A program made the translations under genes and the position numbers. Below are positions 1-13,772 of a DNA stretch of 64,000 nt, piece by piece. Every line of letters begins with the position of its first letter. The stretch's first letter is position 1. The notes below the pieces were generated by a model. It was given only the letters and a program-made list of their open reading frames with translations, had not been told where the DNA came from and did no database searches. The DNA is from the human T2T-CHM13v2.0 reference genome, Homo sapiens: the NCBI RefSeq assembly GCF_009914755.1, contig NC_060934.1. One strand, given 5' to 3'.

Positions 1-130
1 GGAGGGAGCATAGCCCTGCCAACACCTTGATTTTGAACTTCTAGCCTCCAGAATGGTGAGATAATACATTTCTGTCACTTAAGCCATGCAGTTTGTGGCA
101 CATTGTTAAAACATCCCTGGGACATTTATA
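1..130 (+). mobile_element. MLT1-type MaLR LTR 3' end
   Basis: GCCCTGCCAACACCTTGATTTTGAACTTCTAGCCTCCAGAA...TTAAGCCA...TTTGTGGCAC is typical of MLT1 LTR termini. Confidence 0.75.
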
Positions 131-220
131 CACACGCACACACATGCACACACACATACACATGCACATACACATAAACACATACACAAACATACACACA
201 CATACACAAACATACACAGA
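128..220. repeat. Degenerate (CA)n/(CATA)n microsatellite
   Basis: cacacgcacacacatgcacacacacatacacatgcacatac... Confidence 0.85.
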
Positions 221-766
221 TGCATAGTTATACTGCATAAATATATGTAAGCTTTTTTCCAGATTCTAAAATATACAGGAAGGTTAATCTGACCAATTTA
301 TTCTCCACTATCCCATGGTTATTTGAAGTAAGCTTTCAGTTACCATATTACTTTCTAATAGAATCCTAGTATTTATAATCTGTATTAGAAACATAGATTG
401 TACTGCTGCTTGTATCAGAACCTTAGAAGTTTATTACTCTGTGGTGACCTTGGGAGCAAGTACATGTCTCATCAAATTGTGACATTCCCAGTTGGTTAAG
501 AAAACTTGAAGCAAACTCACCCTCTCATTATTTCGTATTGATTTCCAATTGGCAAAATATCTATTTGCCTTTTACTAAGAACGAATTTTGTCTGATAGAT
601 TGTGAATATACATCAAATAATAAAATGGAGACAAATGATATGAACCAATGTTCATATCTTGTATTTCTTGATTCATCTGAGTAACATTAAATAACATGTA
701 TAACATGATGTCACAGTTCTGGGAAAAATAATAGTATTATGAGGTTATATCCAAGTAGGGGGAGTG

Positions 767-1166
767 TGCTATGATTTGAATGTTTTTGTCACCTCCAAAG
801 ATGCATGTTGAAACTTGATCCTTAGTTTAACACTATTGAGAAGTGTGGCCTTTTGGAAGCTGTTTAGGTCATGAGGGCTCCACTCTCATGAACAGATTGA
901 TGACATTATGAAAGGACATATGGAGGGAATTTAGCCCCCTTTTGACTCTTCTGTCCTTTCCCCCATGTGAAGACACAGCCTTCCTGTCTTCTGGAGGATG
1001 TAGCATTTCAAGGTACGATCTTGGAAGCAGAGAGCCGCCCTTTCTGAATGATGGCACCTTGCTCTTGAGCTTCACAGTGTCCAGAGCTGTAAGAGATAAA
1101 TTTCTGTTCTACATTAATGACCCAGTTTGTGGTACTCTGTTATACCAGCAAGAGCAGACTAAGGCA
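767..1166 (+). mobile_element. MST-type MaLR solo LTR
   Basis: Starts TGCTATGATTTGAATG...CATGTTGAAACTT and ends GACTAAGGCA; ~400 bp. Confidence 0.8.
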
Positions 1167-1671
1167 GGGAGATAGACAATAACAAATAAGAAATAAAAAC
1201 AAAAAAATCATGTTGTAATAAGTGATGTGACCATAATAAAACAAGAGAATGTGCAAGAGAGTGATTGTGGGGATTTAATTTGTGTCTGAATGGGTGTGTG
1301 TTGGGGAACCCCAGGATATTGTCCACATAGGCTTTGGTGTCAGAGGCACCCCACAGTTGTGCAATGCAGCAGCTTTAGCTGGGTGGCCACTTTCTACTGT
1401 GTGGTCAGAGAAGATGGCTTTGAATGGTAACGTTATTCTGTAGCTTTAATGAGATGAGGGAGCTAGCTTTGCAAAGCTTAATGAGAATAGACTATACAGA
1501 ATTAGGAAATCTGGTACAAATTTTCATTGTGGCTGAAATGGAATGAGTGAATGAAGGGAATCTACACCAGGACTAGATTATGTAAGAATTTAGATTTTAT
1601 TCCAAGTATGATTAAAAGCCCTTTGAAGGCTTAATGCAAAAGTTATTGAATCTGATTTGTAATTTTAAAAG

Positions 1672-2160
1672 GTTCTTTTTTTTGCTTAGGATTGTCTTGG
1701 CTTTTCAGGCTCTTTTTTGGTTCCATATGAAATTTAAAGTAGTTTTTTTCTAATTCTGTGAAGAAAGTCAACGGTAGCATGATGGGGATAGCATTGAATA
1801 TACACTGTAGAATACTATGCAGCCACAAAAAAGGATGAGTTCACGTCCTTTGCCGGGACATGGATGAAGCTGGAAACCATCATTCTCAGCAAACTAATAT
1901 AAGAACAGAAAACCAAATACCGCATATTCTCACTCATAAGTGGGAGTTGAACAATGAAGACACATGGACACAGGGAGGGGAACATCACACAATGGGGCCT
2001 TTTGGAGGATTGGGGGCTAGGGGAGGGATAGCATTAGGAGAAATACCTAATGTAGGTGACGGGTTGATGGGTGCAGCCAGCCACCATGGCATGTGTATAC
2101 CTATGTAACAAACTTGCATGTTCTGCACATGTATCCCAGAAATTAAAGTATAATAAAAAA
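1672..2160 (+). mobile_element. 5'-inverted (twin-primed) L1PA 3' end
   Basis: Minus-oriented ORF2 piece 1672-~1798 joined to plus-oriented 3' end ~1799-2160 ending AAAGTATAATAAAAAA. Flanked by AATTTTAAAA at 1661-1670 and 2159-2168. Confidence 0.8.
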
Positions 2161-2180
2161 TTTTAAAAACAGATTATTCT

Positions 2181-2636
2181 TTTTAAGATTCCGTAGGTGC
2201 GAACATGCAGGATCTGTCTTTCTGTGTTTGGCTTATTTCATTGAGCATAATGTCGTTCAGGTTCGTCTAGAAAGCTGAACTCATAAAAACAGAGAGTTAG
2301 AATGGTGATTTCCAGAGGCTAGTGGTTATGTCAGGGGAATGAGGAAAGAGGGGATATTGGTCAAGGGGTACAAAGTTTTGGTTAGACAGTTTTATGATAA
2401 AGTTTTATGATTTGGTTAGTAAGTTTTATGATCTATTATTGCATAGCACAGTGACTATAGTTAACAGCAATGTGCATTGCAAAATTGCTGAAAGAGTAGA
2501 TTTTAAATCTTCTCATCACAAAAATATGACAATTGAGGTGACGAACATGTTAATTAGGTTGATTTAATTATTCTACTATATATATTGAAAAATTACATTA
2601 TATCTAATATATACAATCATTATTTTTCAGTTTAGG
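2181..2636 (+). mobile_element. 5'-inverted L1MA-type 3' end
   Basis: Minus piece (TTTTAAGATTCC...TTATTTCATTGAGCATAATG) to ~2268, then plus 3'UTR (AAAGCTGAACTCATAAAAACAGAGAG...). Degraded TSD AAAACAGATTATTCT / AAAAAGGATTCTTCT. Confidence 0.65.
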
Positions 2637-3239
2637 AAAAAGGATTCTTCTGACCAGTTTGTGGACAGGAATGCAGTGTAGCTGGTGGGACAAACATAGA
2701 CACTGGGGTGGGGAGATGAGCTAGAAGGACATTGCAGGCATGCCAATGAGTGCTGATGTGATCTGAGAGCCGGTTATGCAGCTAGTCTTCGTCTTGAAAA
2801 CAGCCTAAAAGATTTCCAAAAGCAAAAGGAACAAATTCTAGGCTATTCAGTGGTCTCTGATGCAATAGATCATTGACTCCAATCTAAGTCCCCAGAATAA
2901 ATATTGCATGCCAGAAAGCAATGCCTTTATATTTAGCTTTATTTTAATCAATTCCATAGTCCAGCTAAAATAATTATTTGTCACTTCCTAAACTTGTATC
3001 GTATTTTCCAGTTTTGTACTTCTGCACATGACACTTCTTCCTGTTTGAAATGTATTTCCTTTATCACTGAGACATTTATTTTTTGAGATCTCAATCAAAT
3101 GCTACCACAGTCATTTTTTCTTCCTCTCATTTCTGATTCAATTTTATCTATTATATGTTTCAAGCTGTATGTTGTTTGTTAATTTACTGTAATTACTGCT
3201 TGTTTGTTGGCAAGTACTATGAACAGCCTGTGAATTTCT

Positions 3240-3742
3240 ACTAATTACAAGCTATTAATAACAAGCTAACAAGTTACTGTTTCATGGACACTGTTCTGCA
3301 ACTCCATGGACCCAGGAGACATGAGACTGCTGGGTCAGAGACGAATGGCCTTAATACATACGGCATTGCAGACAACATGGACTTCATGTTTTGTTGATTC
3401 TTCTTGTTCCTCAAGTCCAGTGGGATTAAAAAAGAGAGGCCCAGTTGGATATTGTGCACTCTGGGGCTTTGTGTTACAGCTGACAAGCCCCAAATGTAGG
3501 AGATCTGAATCTCATATAAGGTTTTGTAAATAAGCCTTTCAGCTTGTTTTGCTCCAGAGGGAGACGATATATTTATTATACTGGACAATCAGCAAACTTG
3601 ACCTCTGGTCTCTGCATCTTCCAATTGTCGTTCGCTCTACAAACATCCTTGAAAAGATAGTCTGAGACGAAAAGGTGGTTACTGCTTCTGTTAGCACAAT
3701 ATACAGAATCATGAACAAGCTGTGGAAAATTGTCTCCCAATA
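3240..3742 (-). mobile_element. ERVL-class LTR (LTR40-like)
   Basis: Reverse complement begins TATTGGGAGACAATT...AGACTATCTTTTCAAGGATGTTTGTAGAGCGAAC...CTCCCTCTGGAGCAAA, resembling LTR40 as remembered. Confidence 0.5.
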
Positions 3743-4729
3743 TCTTTAATGAAAGAATCGAGGCCTATATATGCTTATACCACCCGGGTCCCTAGTCCAA
3801 TGCCTATATGATTAGGGGAGCAATACAATACATATTGAGTAAATGAGAGGCCTGATAAATTACCTATTCCTATGTCTGCATCTTCTCAAATCCTATTAAT
3901 ATAGATTAATACCAATTTAGTATATTATAAAAACTTGTTTTTTAAAAAATTTACCTGCTGTACTGCTGTCAGTTAAACTACTTTTGGGACTATAGATTGT
4001 GGGAAAATTGGATTTTCAGATATTCACTAAAATATTGCAGTCTTAAAGCATGAGATAGACAACTGAGAGATTTACCTTAACCAGAAGCTAGGAATTCTAG
4101 GACAAGACAGTTCAGAAATTGTTTCTGGGATAAGGGTAAATGTGGGAGCAGAGAGAAGAGTATCCATTAGCTAGGGAGCAAGCAGGTACAGTTGTTCAAA
4201 AAGGAAACCCCACATTCTCGGGTTCCCAGCCTCAACAGCTGAGAAACTCTGAAGCTTAGCTCTGCACTGTCTCTACTCTAAAGGGAATTTTGTTCAGGGC
4301 AATTATTCATTGTGAGAGATTGTCTAATGCACTGCAGGGCACATGGCATTCCTCATTCTCAGGCCCTCTGTGCCAGCAGAGCTCCCCAGGTAGTATTCAC
4401 TGCATGTATTTATCAAAAAAATACCTCTCAGCCAAAACAAAATAAAATGAGACAATATGCCATAAGGGGGTAATATTGTCCCTGGTCAAGAACTATAGGT
4501 GAGATGAAAAGATGTCAAGTTGATGGACTGTGTGTCAAGATCAAGGTAAATTCTAATGTTATATGGGAACAGCTAGCTACTGAACTTGTGGGCACTGGCT
4601 TGCTGGACAGAATATTATTCTCCTTGAGGTGAACCCCACAGATACTATCAAGATTTCACATAGATGCCAATTTCCCCATGAAACCATTAAATTCTCTATA
4701 TCTGATTTATAATTTCAAGTCTAATGGCA

Positions 4730-5100
4730 TTTATTTATTTATTAAAAATGTTTGTTGAGTCACTACTTTGTGCTAGATACTCGTTCTAGATGGTGGGATG
4801 GGGCATTAGATAAGAAAATGTCTCTAGTTTCATGGAATTTACCTTGTTAGGAGCAGATAAATAACACAATTAAAACAGGTAGTTTGATGTAGTTACAAGT
4901 CTTTAAAGAATATAGGGCTGAGATAGTACCATTAAGGAGAGGGTAGTACCATGAAAGACAGGAAGTGTTCTCATAGGAGGTGATAATAAAATAAAAATCT
5001 GAAAGATGAGAAGAGGTTGGACCTGGGAAGAGATAGTGGGAGCCTGCTCCAGAGAGAAGGAAGAACAAAGGTGCTGAAGACAAAAACAAGCATGTTATTA
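4730..5100 (-). mobile_element. L2 3'-end fragment
   Basis: ATTTATTTATT...TTGTTGAGTCACTACTTTGTGCTAGATACT... resembles the L2 terminus. Confidence 0.55.
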
Positions 5101-5399
5101 AAATACTAACTAGTCATTGATTGGGATGGTGATGGTTATCATTTCTCAAGCCTTTACAAGGACTCCATTACCTCATTCAATCCTCACAGCAACTCTGCAA
5201 GATACGTATACTTACTAATTTAGAGATGTGTAATGTGGAGAGGTTCAGTCACTTTACTGAGGGATTTGGATCCCAAACCAAGTCCTTTTGATAGCAGATG
5301 ATAGTCTATACTGGATCCACTTCAGCCCATTTTTGACTTACTGATGTGTTTTGTGGTTCTATCTTGCCTTCTAGGTATATTCTGAGTTTTATAAAAGAT

Positions 5400-5760
5400 G
5401 GTATATTTATCAGCCATAACAAAATACCATAAACTGGGGGACTTAAATGACGAGAATTTATTTCTCACGGTTCTGGAGCCTGAGAAGTCCAAGGTCAAGG
5501 TGCAGGTCCATTTGGTTCCTGGTGATGATCCTCTTTCTGGCTTGTTGATGGCTGCCTTTTTGCTGTGTCCTCACATGGTGGAGAAAGAGGGAGAGCTCTG
5601 ATCTGTTCCTCTTCTCATATGCTCACTAATCCCACCATAAGGGCGCTACCCTCCTGTCCTCATCTAAACCTAATTACCTTCCAAATACTCCTCCTCCAAA
5701 TATCATCACATTGGGGAAAGGGCTTCAAGAATTTTGGGGAGACACAGTCAGTCCATAATG
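5400..5760 (-). mobile_element. MLT1A-type MaLR LTR
   Basis: GCCATAACAAAATACCATAAACTGGG...TTTCTCACGGTTCTGGAG...AAGTCCAAGGTCAAGGTG...CAGTCCATAA. Confidence 0.8.
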
Positions 5761-6980
5761 GATAGGAACCACACATTGTATATATTGGATATTCCCTAAA
5801 ATACTTATCAACCAATGCTGAAGCAATGCTACTTGAATGAACAAATGATGCCAATTTCATTCAAATACAGACCTACATCTTGAAGTCAGTTAAATCCTGG
5901 CTTTAAATATATTCCATTTTTGTTTTCTCTTCTGGATCACCCTTAAGCTAACCCATTTTGTCTAGCTAATTCCCACTTAGCTTTCAGGTTTCGGCTTAGC
6001 TGTCAGCTTTCCAGGAAGCCCTGGGTTCACTGCCCCTCTCAGGTGCTTCCATAGCACACTGTATATTTACTTCTTATCCAATTTCTTATCTTTTTCTCCC
6101 CCTGAGTTTGTAAGCTCCCTGAAAACCATCACCATCACATTACTAATGTGTGGTGGTGCAGTATTTGGCACATAGTAATTGTTTAATAATTGTTATATTA
6201 AATTGATAGATGATCCGTGGCAAGTTACCTGCTCTCTGAACTTCAGTTTCCTCATCTGTAACCTGTGAATAATTAACTTCACGCAGTTAAGAAAGTTCAG
6301 TGAACTGATAGATATGTGTGTACTGTTGTTTCCTTTTTCCCACTTGTTCATCATCCACCATTTATTTATTCTCTTTTGAAGTTCTTTACCTTACTTTCAA
6401 CACACCTTATGATTTAGCTACCTAAAAGGGTTAAGTAAACTGTGGCAGGTGATTTCAAAATGGATCTGTCTTTCTAGAACATAGCTGGAATTCTTTAAAT
6501 GCCAAGGTTAAAACAGGACAGTGATTTTTTTTTGTCTGAAGATGACCTTTTATCACACTAAAGATAGAGGCAATAGATTTTTCCACATCCTGTGTAAAAG
6601 TTTATAACTGCACTAACATTAAATTATTTGTTATGCCTAAGTTGAATTAGCAAAAGGTTAAATATATGGTTAGAGTAACAATAATTTTCAATCAGAAAAC
6701 CAGATCACATTGTCTGACAAGCATAAGCGTATTTATTGGGATAGTTGGATATAATCTTTGAAAATACGACTATTCCAGAAAATCTTAAGTGGTATGAATA
6801 GGTGAGCATGAATCTAGGGGATTTCGAGGTTCATCATTATTTCCATTCCACATTTATTTATTTATTTTACCAAGCTCCTTGAAGAAAATGCAATATATCT
6901 GTAAATACAAATGTATGTATAAATATGTTTTACTATTAAATAATGGGATATATATGGAGTACTTGGTCATTATATTTTAA

Positions 6981-7276
6981 TTTTTTTTTTTTTTTGAGAC
7001 GGAGTCTTGCTGTGTCTCCCAGGCTGGAGTGCAGTGGCAGGATCTCTGCTCACTGCAAGCTCTGCCTCCTGGGTTCGCGCCATTCTCCTGCCTCTAGCCT
7101 CCCGAGTAGCTGGGACTACAGGCGACCGCCACCATGCCCTGCTAATTTTTGTATTTTTAGTAGAGACGGGGTTTCATCGTGTTAGTCAGGATGGTCTCGA
7201 ATTCCTGACCTCGTGATCCGCCCGCCTCGGCCTCCCAAAGTGCTGGAATTACAGGTGTGAGCCACCGTGCCCGGCC
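6981..7276 (-). mobile_element. AluY-like
   Basis: Full-length antisense Alu with CTGCAAGCTC and CGCCATTCTCC. Flanking repeat ATATTTTAATTTT on both sides. Confidence 0.9.
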
Positions 7277-7299
7277 ATATTTTAATTTTTAAATTTTTA

Positions 7300-9300
7300 G
7301 TTTTCTCAAGATAACATAATACTTAATATTAAAACACCAAGCTTACTCGAAATAACACCTCCCTCCCACAACCCTTGATCTCTTTTTACAAAGGCAAAAA
7401 CTTTCAACTTTCTTGCTGTTGCTTCTGATATTTACATTCATATTAAACAACATGTAAATGTTATTATTTCTTGATTATCGATTTTAGATTTTATTTGCTT
7501 CCAGTTATGGTGGCCAATGATATGCCTCTCGTATACCACCTCATTCCTTTACCAACTCCCTCCTCATTGTCTTGATGTATCTGTATTACAGTTTTCATTT
7601 ACACCATTAGTCAATTTCACATGATCATTATTACGTGAATACCATTGATAGGTTTCTTTCTGGCACAGCCTTTTGTTGTTTTCTGAAATCAATGGCTTTC
7701 TCTCTCTCTTCTCATTTGCTTAGTTTTCTTTTTATCTCTCTCTTTTAGCCACCAAATACTTAACAGGCCAATAATTTTCCAAGTATTCAAACAAACCCAT
7801 TAACCCACAATCTTTTGTTTTCCCTGGAAACCTCCTGCTGTGGGCCTCTCCCCATCTCCTGCCTGGGATGCTTGCTCCTGATGTTGCTGCACAGCTATTG
7901 TTCTGGGACTTCCCACTCTCTAGCCCCAGTGTTCGAAATCCTTGGACTTAAATCCCAGGGTGTCCTCTCTTGGTTTTCTACCTCCTTTTGCTATAGTACA
8001 TCTTATTGTAGCTTCATGAGGAAGGGATCATCGATGATACATTTCTTTTCATCATTGCATGCCTCAAAATGTCTTCATTTTACACTTGAAACTTGATTGA
8101 CAGTGGAGTGGGTTCAAAATTCTAGGTTGAAAATAATTTTCCCTCAAAATTTTGACATTATTGATCCATTGCTTCTGTTGAGAATTCTGTCTAGGGCCAC
8201 TCTGATCTTTGCAGATAGTGTTTGTTCTAACTAAAATACATATATCAAAATAAATTTGTATATATATGTATGCACATATATATCATATATGTAAACTTTT
8301 CATTTTGAAATAATGTAAGCTTACGAAAAAGATGCCAAAATAGTAAAAATAATTTTTCCACATACGTCACCCGGATTCTCTGAATGTTACCAACTTAAAA
8401 AATATATTTGTAATTAGTCTATTTGTCAATGTCTCTTTCTACTGACATGCATATTATTATTCATTTTGAACAATTTGAGAGTAAGTTGCAGATATGATGC
8501 CCCTTTTCTCTTAAATGCTTCAGTTTGTATTTTCTAAAATCAAGGGCATTCTTTTACCACAGTTGCATTTTCTAGATGAGGAAACAAATTTTGATATAAT
8601 ACTCTTATCTAATCTACAGATTCTTTATTTTGTAGCAAAAAAAAAAAAAATTCCCTGATCCAGGACGTGTCCAGGATGAGACACAGCATTATTGCTTCGT
8701 ACCCAGCATTCAGCATCAGTTTTCTTTACTCCCGTTTGTTTAGTCTAGAAAAGTTCCATGAGCTGAAATTTCACAATAATGTGCTGGACAATCTGTGGGC
8801 CCTTTTGTTTTGAAGATTTGTGCTCTTCAGTTGGAGTTTTTTTTTTTCTTAAATTAAATTTCAAAAATTATTTTCTTAATTTCTCTGCCTTTGTTTGCTC
8901 TGCTCTCTCTCTTTCTGGAACATCTATTAGTGGGATGTTGGATGTTCTGATCTGATGCTCAAATTTTCTTATTTCTCTCTCCATTTTTTGTTTTGGTCTT
9001 TTTCTTCTAGGTTCTGGTAGATTCTCTTTGTTCTATCTTCTATCATCTCTATTTTTTAAAATTTCAGTTGATTGAATTTTTAATTTCCAAGAGAGTTTTC
9101 TTCTTTTTCTGATTGCTTCTTTTCTCCAGCAGTCTGTTCTTGCTAATGTTTGTTAGATGTAATATCTTAATATCTTCTCTTTTTTCTCTGATTTTTTTAT
9201 ATCTCTTCTTGCAAGCTGTAGCTATTTTTTTAAAAAGTCCCTTTTTCTGCTGGTTTGATTTGGTCTGTATGTTTCAAGTCAGAGGCTCTATCAGGATCCT
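7300..9300 (-). mobile_element. Old L1M (L1MC/L1ME-like) fragments
   Basis: T-rich degenerate L1 text, e.g. TCTAGGTTGAAAATAATTTTCCCTCAAAATTTTGA and TTTGAGAGTAAGTTGCAGATATGATGCCCC. Boundaries approximate. Confidence 0.5.
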
Positions 9301-10026
9301 GGTGGGTAATAGTTGTCATTCTCAGGCAAGGTGATGGAAAGGCTTCTTTAAAGGGTCTGTTTGCAGGGTTTAGGGTAAACAACCCATAGATGGTAAAACA
9401 AAACAAACAAACAAAAAAAACAGAAGTTAGCAGTAGTGAGGCCCTCTTACTGCTGTAGGCCTAAATGGTAAGAGGAGGGAGAAATTAATGGGACTTAGAA
9501 CAGTATGGTTGCCACTGGAGAAGAAAGCTGCCTGAAAATAGCTACAGTTATTTTTAAACAATACTACTATATTGTTTAATAAAAGAATATAACTATAGCC
9601 AAACTGGCTTAGCAAGGAGAGAGACTTCACTCTTCTCTTGCAGTCCCTGGCTGGGGTCTCTCCTTAACGTAATCTACCTGGGAACCAGAACTCCAGGGCC
9701 TGGCTCCTGCATTCTCTAGGGCTCAGCCTCCTGGGTCACGGTTCAGGGTAGAGAAGGAAGTGAGGGTGCTCTGGAGAGACACATAGAGAGTATCCAGCAC
9801 AAAGCCTTCTTCAAATAGTAATCATCTTTGGCTAGCTACTCATGTGTGAATGATGCAATTAAAAGCTAATTGGAGAGTCTAGGATTTCTTGGAGGCCAAT
9901 CTTTGGGAGAATAGAGGGAGAAAGGGTTAGAATCAAGTACATTGGCCTGAGTGTGCTGAGTTAGGAAGAGGTCTGAGAGAATCTAATATTTGTATATAGA
10001 CTTTTTATAACATCCTACTTCTTACA

Positions 10027-10323
10027 TTTTTATTTTATTTTAGAGACCAGGCATTTCTCTGTTGCCCAGACTAGAGTGAAGTGGTACAACCACAGCTCAC
10101 TGCAACCTTTAACTCCTGGTCTCAAGTGATCCTCTTGCCTCAGCCCCCTGAGTAGCTGGGATTACAAGCATGTGCCAGCATACCTAACTAATTAAATTTT
10201 TTTTGGTAGAGATGGGGTCTTGCATGTTGCCCAGGCTGGCCTCAAACTCCTGGCCTCAAGCAATTCTCCCAACTTGACCTCCCAACATGGTGGGATTATA
10301 GGCGTGAGCCACTGTGCCTAACC
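10027..10323 (-). mobile_element. AluJ
   Basis: Diverged antisense Alu with J-type CACAGCTCACTGCAACC...AACTCCTGG.CTCAAGTGATCCTC. Confidence 0.85.
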
Positions 10324-12639
10324 TAAAGTCCAGATTTTTATTCCTGCAACTCAACTCTGCTTTCCAAGGTACCGCTGCCTCCAATTACTGGAATGCTCAG
10401 GATTCCCATGAGACAAATATCTTTTTATCCTCCTCTTCTCTGCTAAGCTATTTACAATTTTTCCATCAACTTTCTATGTTTCAAAATTTCACTGGGATCT
10501 ATTTTATGCTATCTTCTTTCCTAATCTCTGTACTTTTCATTTATATCTTTTTTGTCTCTTATCCTCAGACGCTTAGGAATCAAAGAGAGTATCTTCTATT
10601 TAACTAAAATTCCTAGGCATTTTTATAAGTCATCCGGGGAGAATGTAAATTTTATAAATTGACTTAGAGAGAATTGAATAAATTAAGAAACAATGATTAA
10701 TAACAATTTCATCACAAAATATGTATTTAAGTAGAAAGTCACTAATCTGAAAACTGTATGGTACAATGAAAAATACTGTTTTGTAGTTATCATATAGAGG
10801 ACTTATTATTATATACAATTTTGGTCATTTTCTTGTTATTTGAAAAGAAGCTCAAACAATGTGTAGTGTTATTGTTTTTAACATTGGAGTCAATCATTGG
10901 CGGGAATGTATGTAGGTTCCTTACCTCTTATTTTGCTCTTTCTCTGGCAAAAGTTGCTAATACACTAAAAGCACAAAGATGAAGGAGAAAGAAGCAAAGC
11001 GTCCGAATTACCCATCCTTAAATGATTGAGAATTTGCTGCACCAGATGCTTCAAAAAAAAAATCTGCCCAAGGTCCATTTTAATCAAACATATTTATAAC
11101 TCAGTCCTTTCATTTGTAATTTAACAATTGAGTTAGTTTCATTTAACTGGCAGCAGATGGTGCGTGATTATTGCCTTCTTAATAAAAAAGTGCCTGTCAA
11201 TACTTGTTAAATATAGATTCTGCCAAGGGTTCCTGCAATTGCTTGGGTTTTCATTAGTATCATTTATTTAATTTGAATTTGGCAATTAAAATGTGTAGGA
11301 ATTCCATAAATTACATATGCATTATGCATCTTGGCACCGCAGCTGCGAAATGAAGAAGTTTGATAGTGAATTCTTCTGGAAATAAAACTTATTTTTGCTA
11401 GTTTAAATTCAAAAATAAAATGGTCCCTGTGTAAACACAGGCAGAAGCTTGCATATTTAAAAACTGATTATGTTTGTGGAATGCTGCCCTTAAGCATGGA
11501 GCCCAGGCAGACTTTGCAGCCTGCACGTCGACTCTGGTGTGCTCTCCAGTTAGATGGAACACAAGCACAGAGACACAGCAAACACAGTCTCCCTTACCAA
11601 TGAAGCAGCAGTTGGAACTGAAATGCTGTTTTCACTCTTCAGAAACTGTAACTACATTTTTTAAAAGGTAAATTATCATCCATCAAGTACCTAAGGCTGT
11701 TGAGAAGAATTTAGGTTCATTTTTAATGGACTCCTTTGGTGGGAACTGGAGTAACTGCAATATCATTTGGAAGTTTGCAGGATGGAGTGAATGTTTGGGT
11801 AGAATCCATTGCATTATGTACTTCAGGAAAAACAATGCAAGTCATTTTGTCTCAGTTTCTTTCTTTTTTTTTTTTTTTGATGAGCGTTGAGTGTTTTAGA
11901 GGTTTTTGTTTGTTTGTTCGTTTTCAGCCCTTTGCCTCTCCCGTGGTTCATTGTTCATCTTCGTGATATTTTTCAGGGAAATCTCAGGCCTGGGCCTGGG
12001 GTGGTCCCTGCTGAAGCTTCCTTTCCTCCCTCCGGGGCTCAATTGATTTTCACTCTGGATCCATTACCTTCCTGTCGGCTTCCGAGAGCTCATCGCTCAT
12101 TTTTCTCATAACTTAGATGCCTCTTTCTTCAATTTAGAAAAATAGTTTTTGCCGTGATTTGTTTTTTAAAGAAAGTTTTTAGAAATTTTTTTTGGTGGTG
12201 TGTGTAAATGTCTTTAAGTTCTAGAATCAAATAGGAATAGACATAGAAAAACATATGGAAAGGTTGCAAAGACGGTTGTATCTTAGCTAAAACAACTTGC
12301 CTGTAAAGCACTGCGTAAATCTTGGAGTCTTCTAGGGCTTGGGTCCCTCCGTAAGAGTTGACCTGACACAAATTAGGGCAATTAATAGGTTCACTTGTAT
12401 ATAGTTTTTGTAGAAAACAAGCAATTGAATATCAGCAATTTTATATCGTTCAATGTGACATTTGAATTTTTTAAAATTAGAATTAACAGGACTTGATAAC
12501 TTATTAGTGGCAAAAGAAGAAAGAGCTAAGTGATTTTGATAAATGTTGATCTTTGGTGCTTCTCTTGAATTAGACTTCATGGTAACTAATGTTAATATAG
12601 ACAACAGTCATCACATATGAATCTTTGTTTCAGGCACAA

Positions 12640-13100
12640 TTCTATATATATGTATGTATATATGAACAATATACATTACGTATGTATACAAATATATAAA
12701 CAATATATATACTTGTATATTATATATACTAGTATATAAGTATATAAATATATATACTTCATATATTATTATACATTATGTATGCTTATATATATACTTA
12801 TATATAATATGTATAATATACTTACAATATATAAACAATATAATATAAAGTTAAATATACAAACAATATATTATATATACTTATATATAAACAATAGATA
12901 ATATATGCTCATATAATATGTAAACATCATAATATATAAATATCTATACTAAAATATACATTGTATATGTATATAAATATATATTCTAACTATATATTAT
13001 ATTTATATTAATATATACTAACAATATATAGTATACATATATAAATATATACGAACAACATATATATAAATATATACGAACTGTACATATATTTTATATA
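12640..13100. repeat. Long degenerate (TA)n-rich low-complexity tract
   Basis: ~460 bp almost entirely A/T with repeated ATATATA and AACAATATAT units. Confidence 0.9.
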
Positions 13101-13442
13101 TTCTCCAAATACTCAATATGGAATGTATTATTATGGAGCAGGAAAGGGCAGATCAGAGAGGTTCATTCACTTCCGCAGTTTACTTAGCTAAAAGCTGGTG
13201 GAAGGTTCATGATCAGGCTGTCTGTCTGCTCCAGAGTCAGTTCTGTCAGCCCTGCATCATTCCTCTGGGGGCTCTTAATGTTGTCTTATTATTATCCAGT
13301 TTTCCCTATTACTCCCCCTCATCTTCTATAGACACATTTTATACATATCCTTTCTCCTCGAACCTCTAGTACCTTCTCTCCAGTACTCACGCTCAGCTTA
13401 TGACTTTGCTTTCTATATCTCTAAGCAAATTGAGGGAATGCA

Positions 13443-13772
<330 letters not shown>

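Noticed and set aside
1465-1478. 14-bp palindrome AGCTTTGCAAAGCT sharing a core with the one at ~39378
   Set aside because: Short enough to arise by chance in 64 kb, and the contexts are unrelated repeats.
11660-12110. Possible upstream non-coding exon boundaries (AAG|GTAAAT ~11669; TTTTCAG ~11976)
   Set aside because: Splice-like motifs alone are too common; no transcript evidence is available from sequence.
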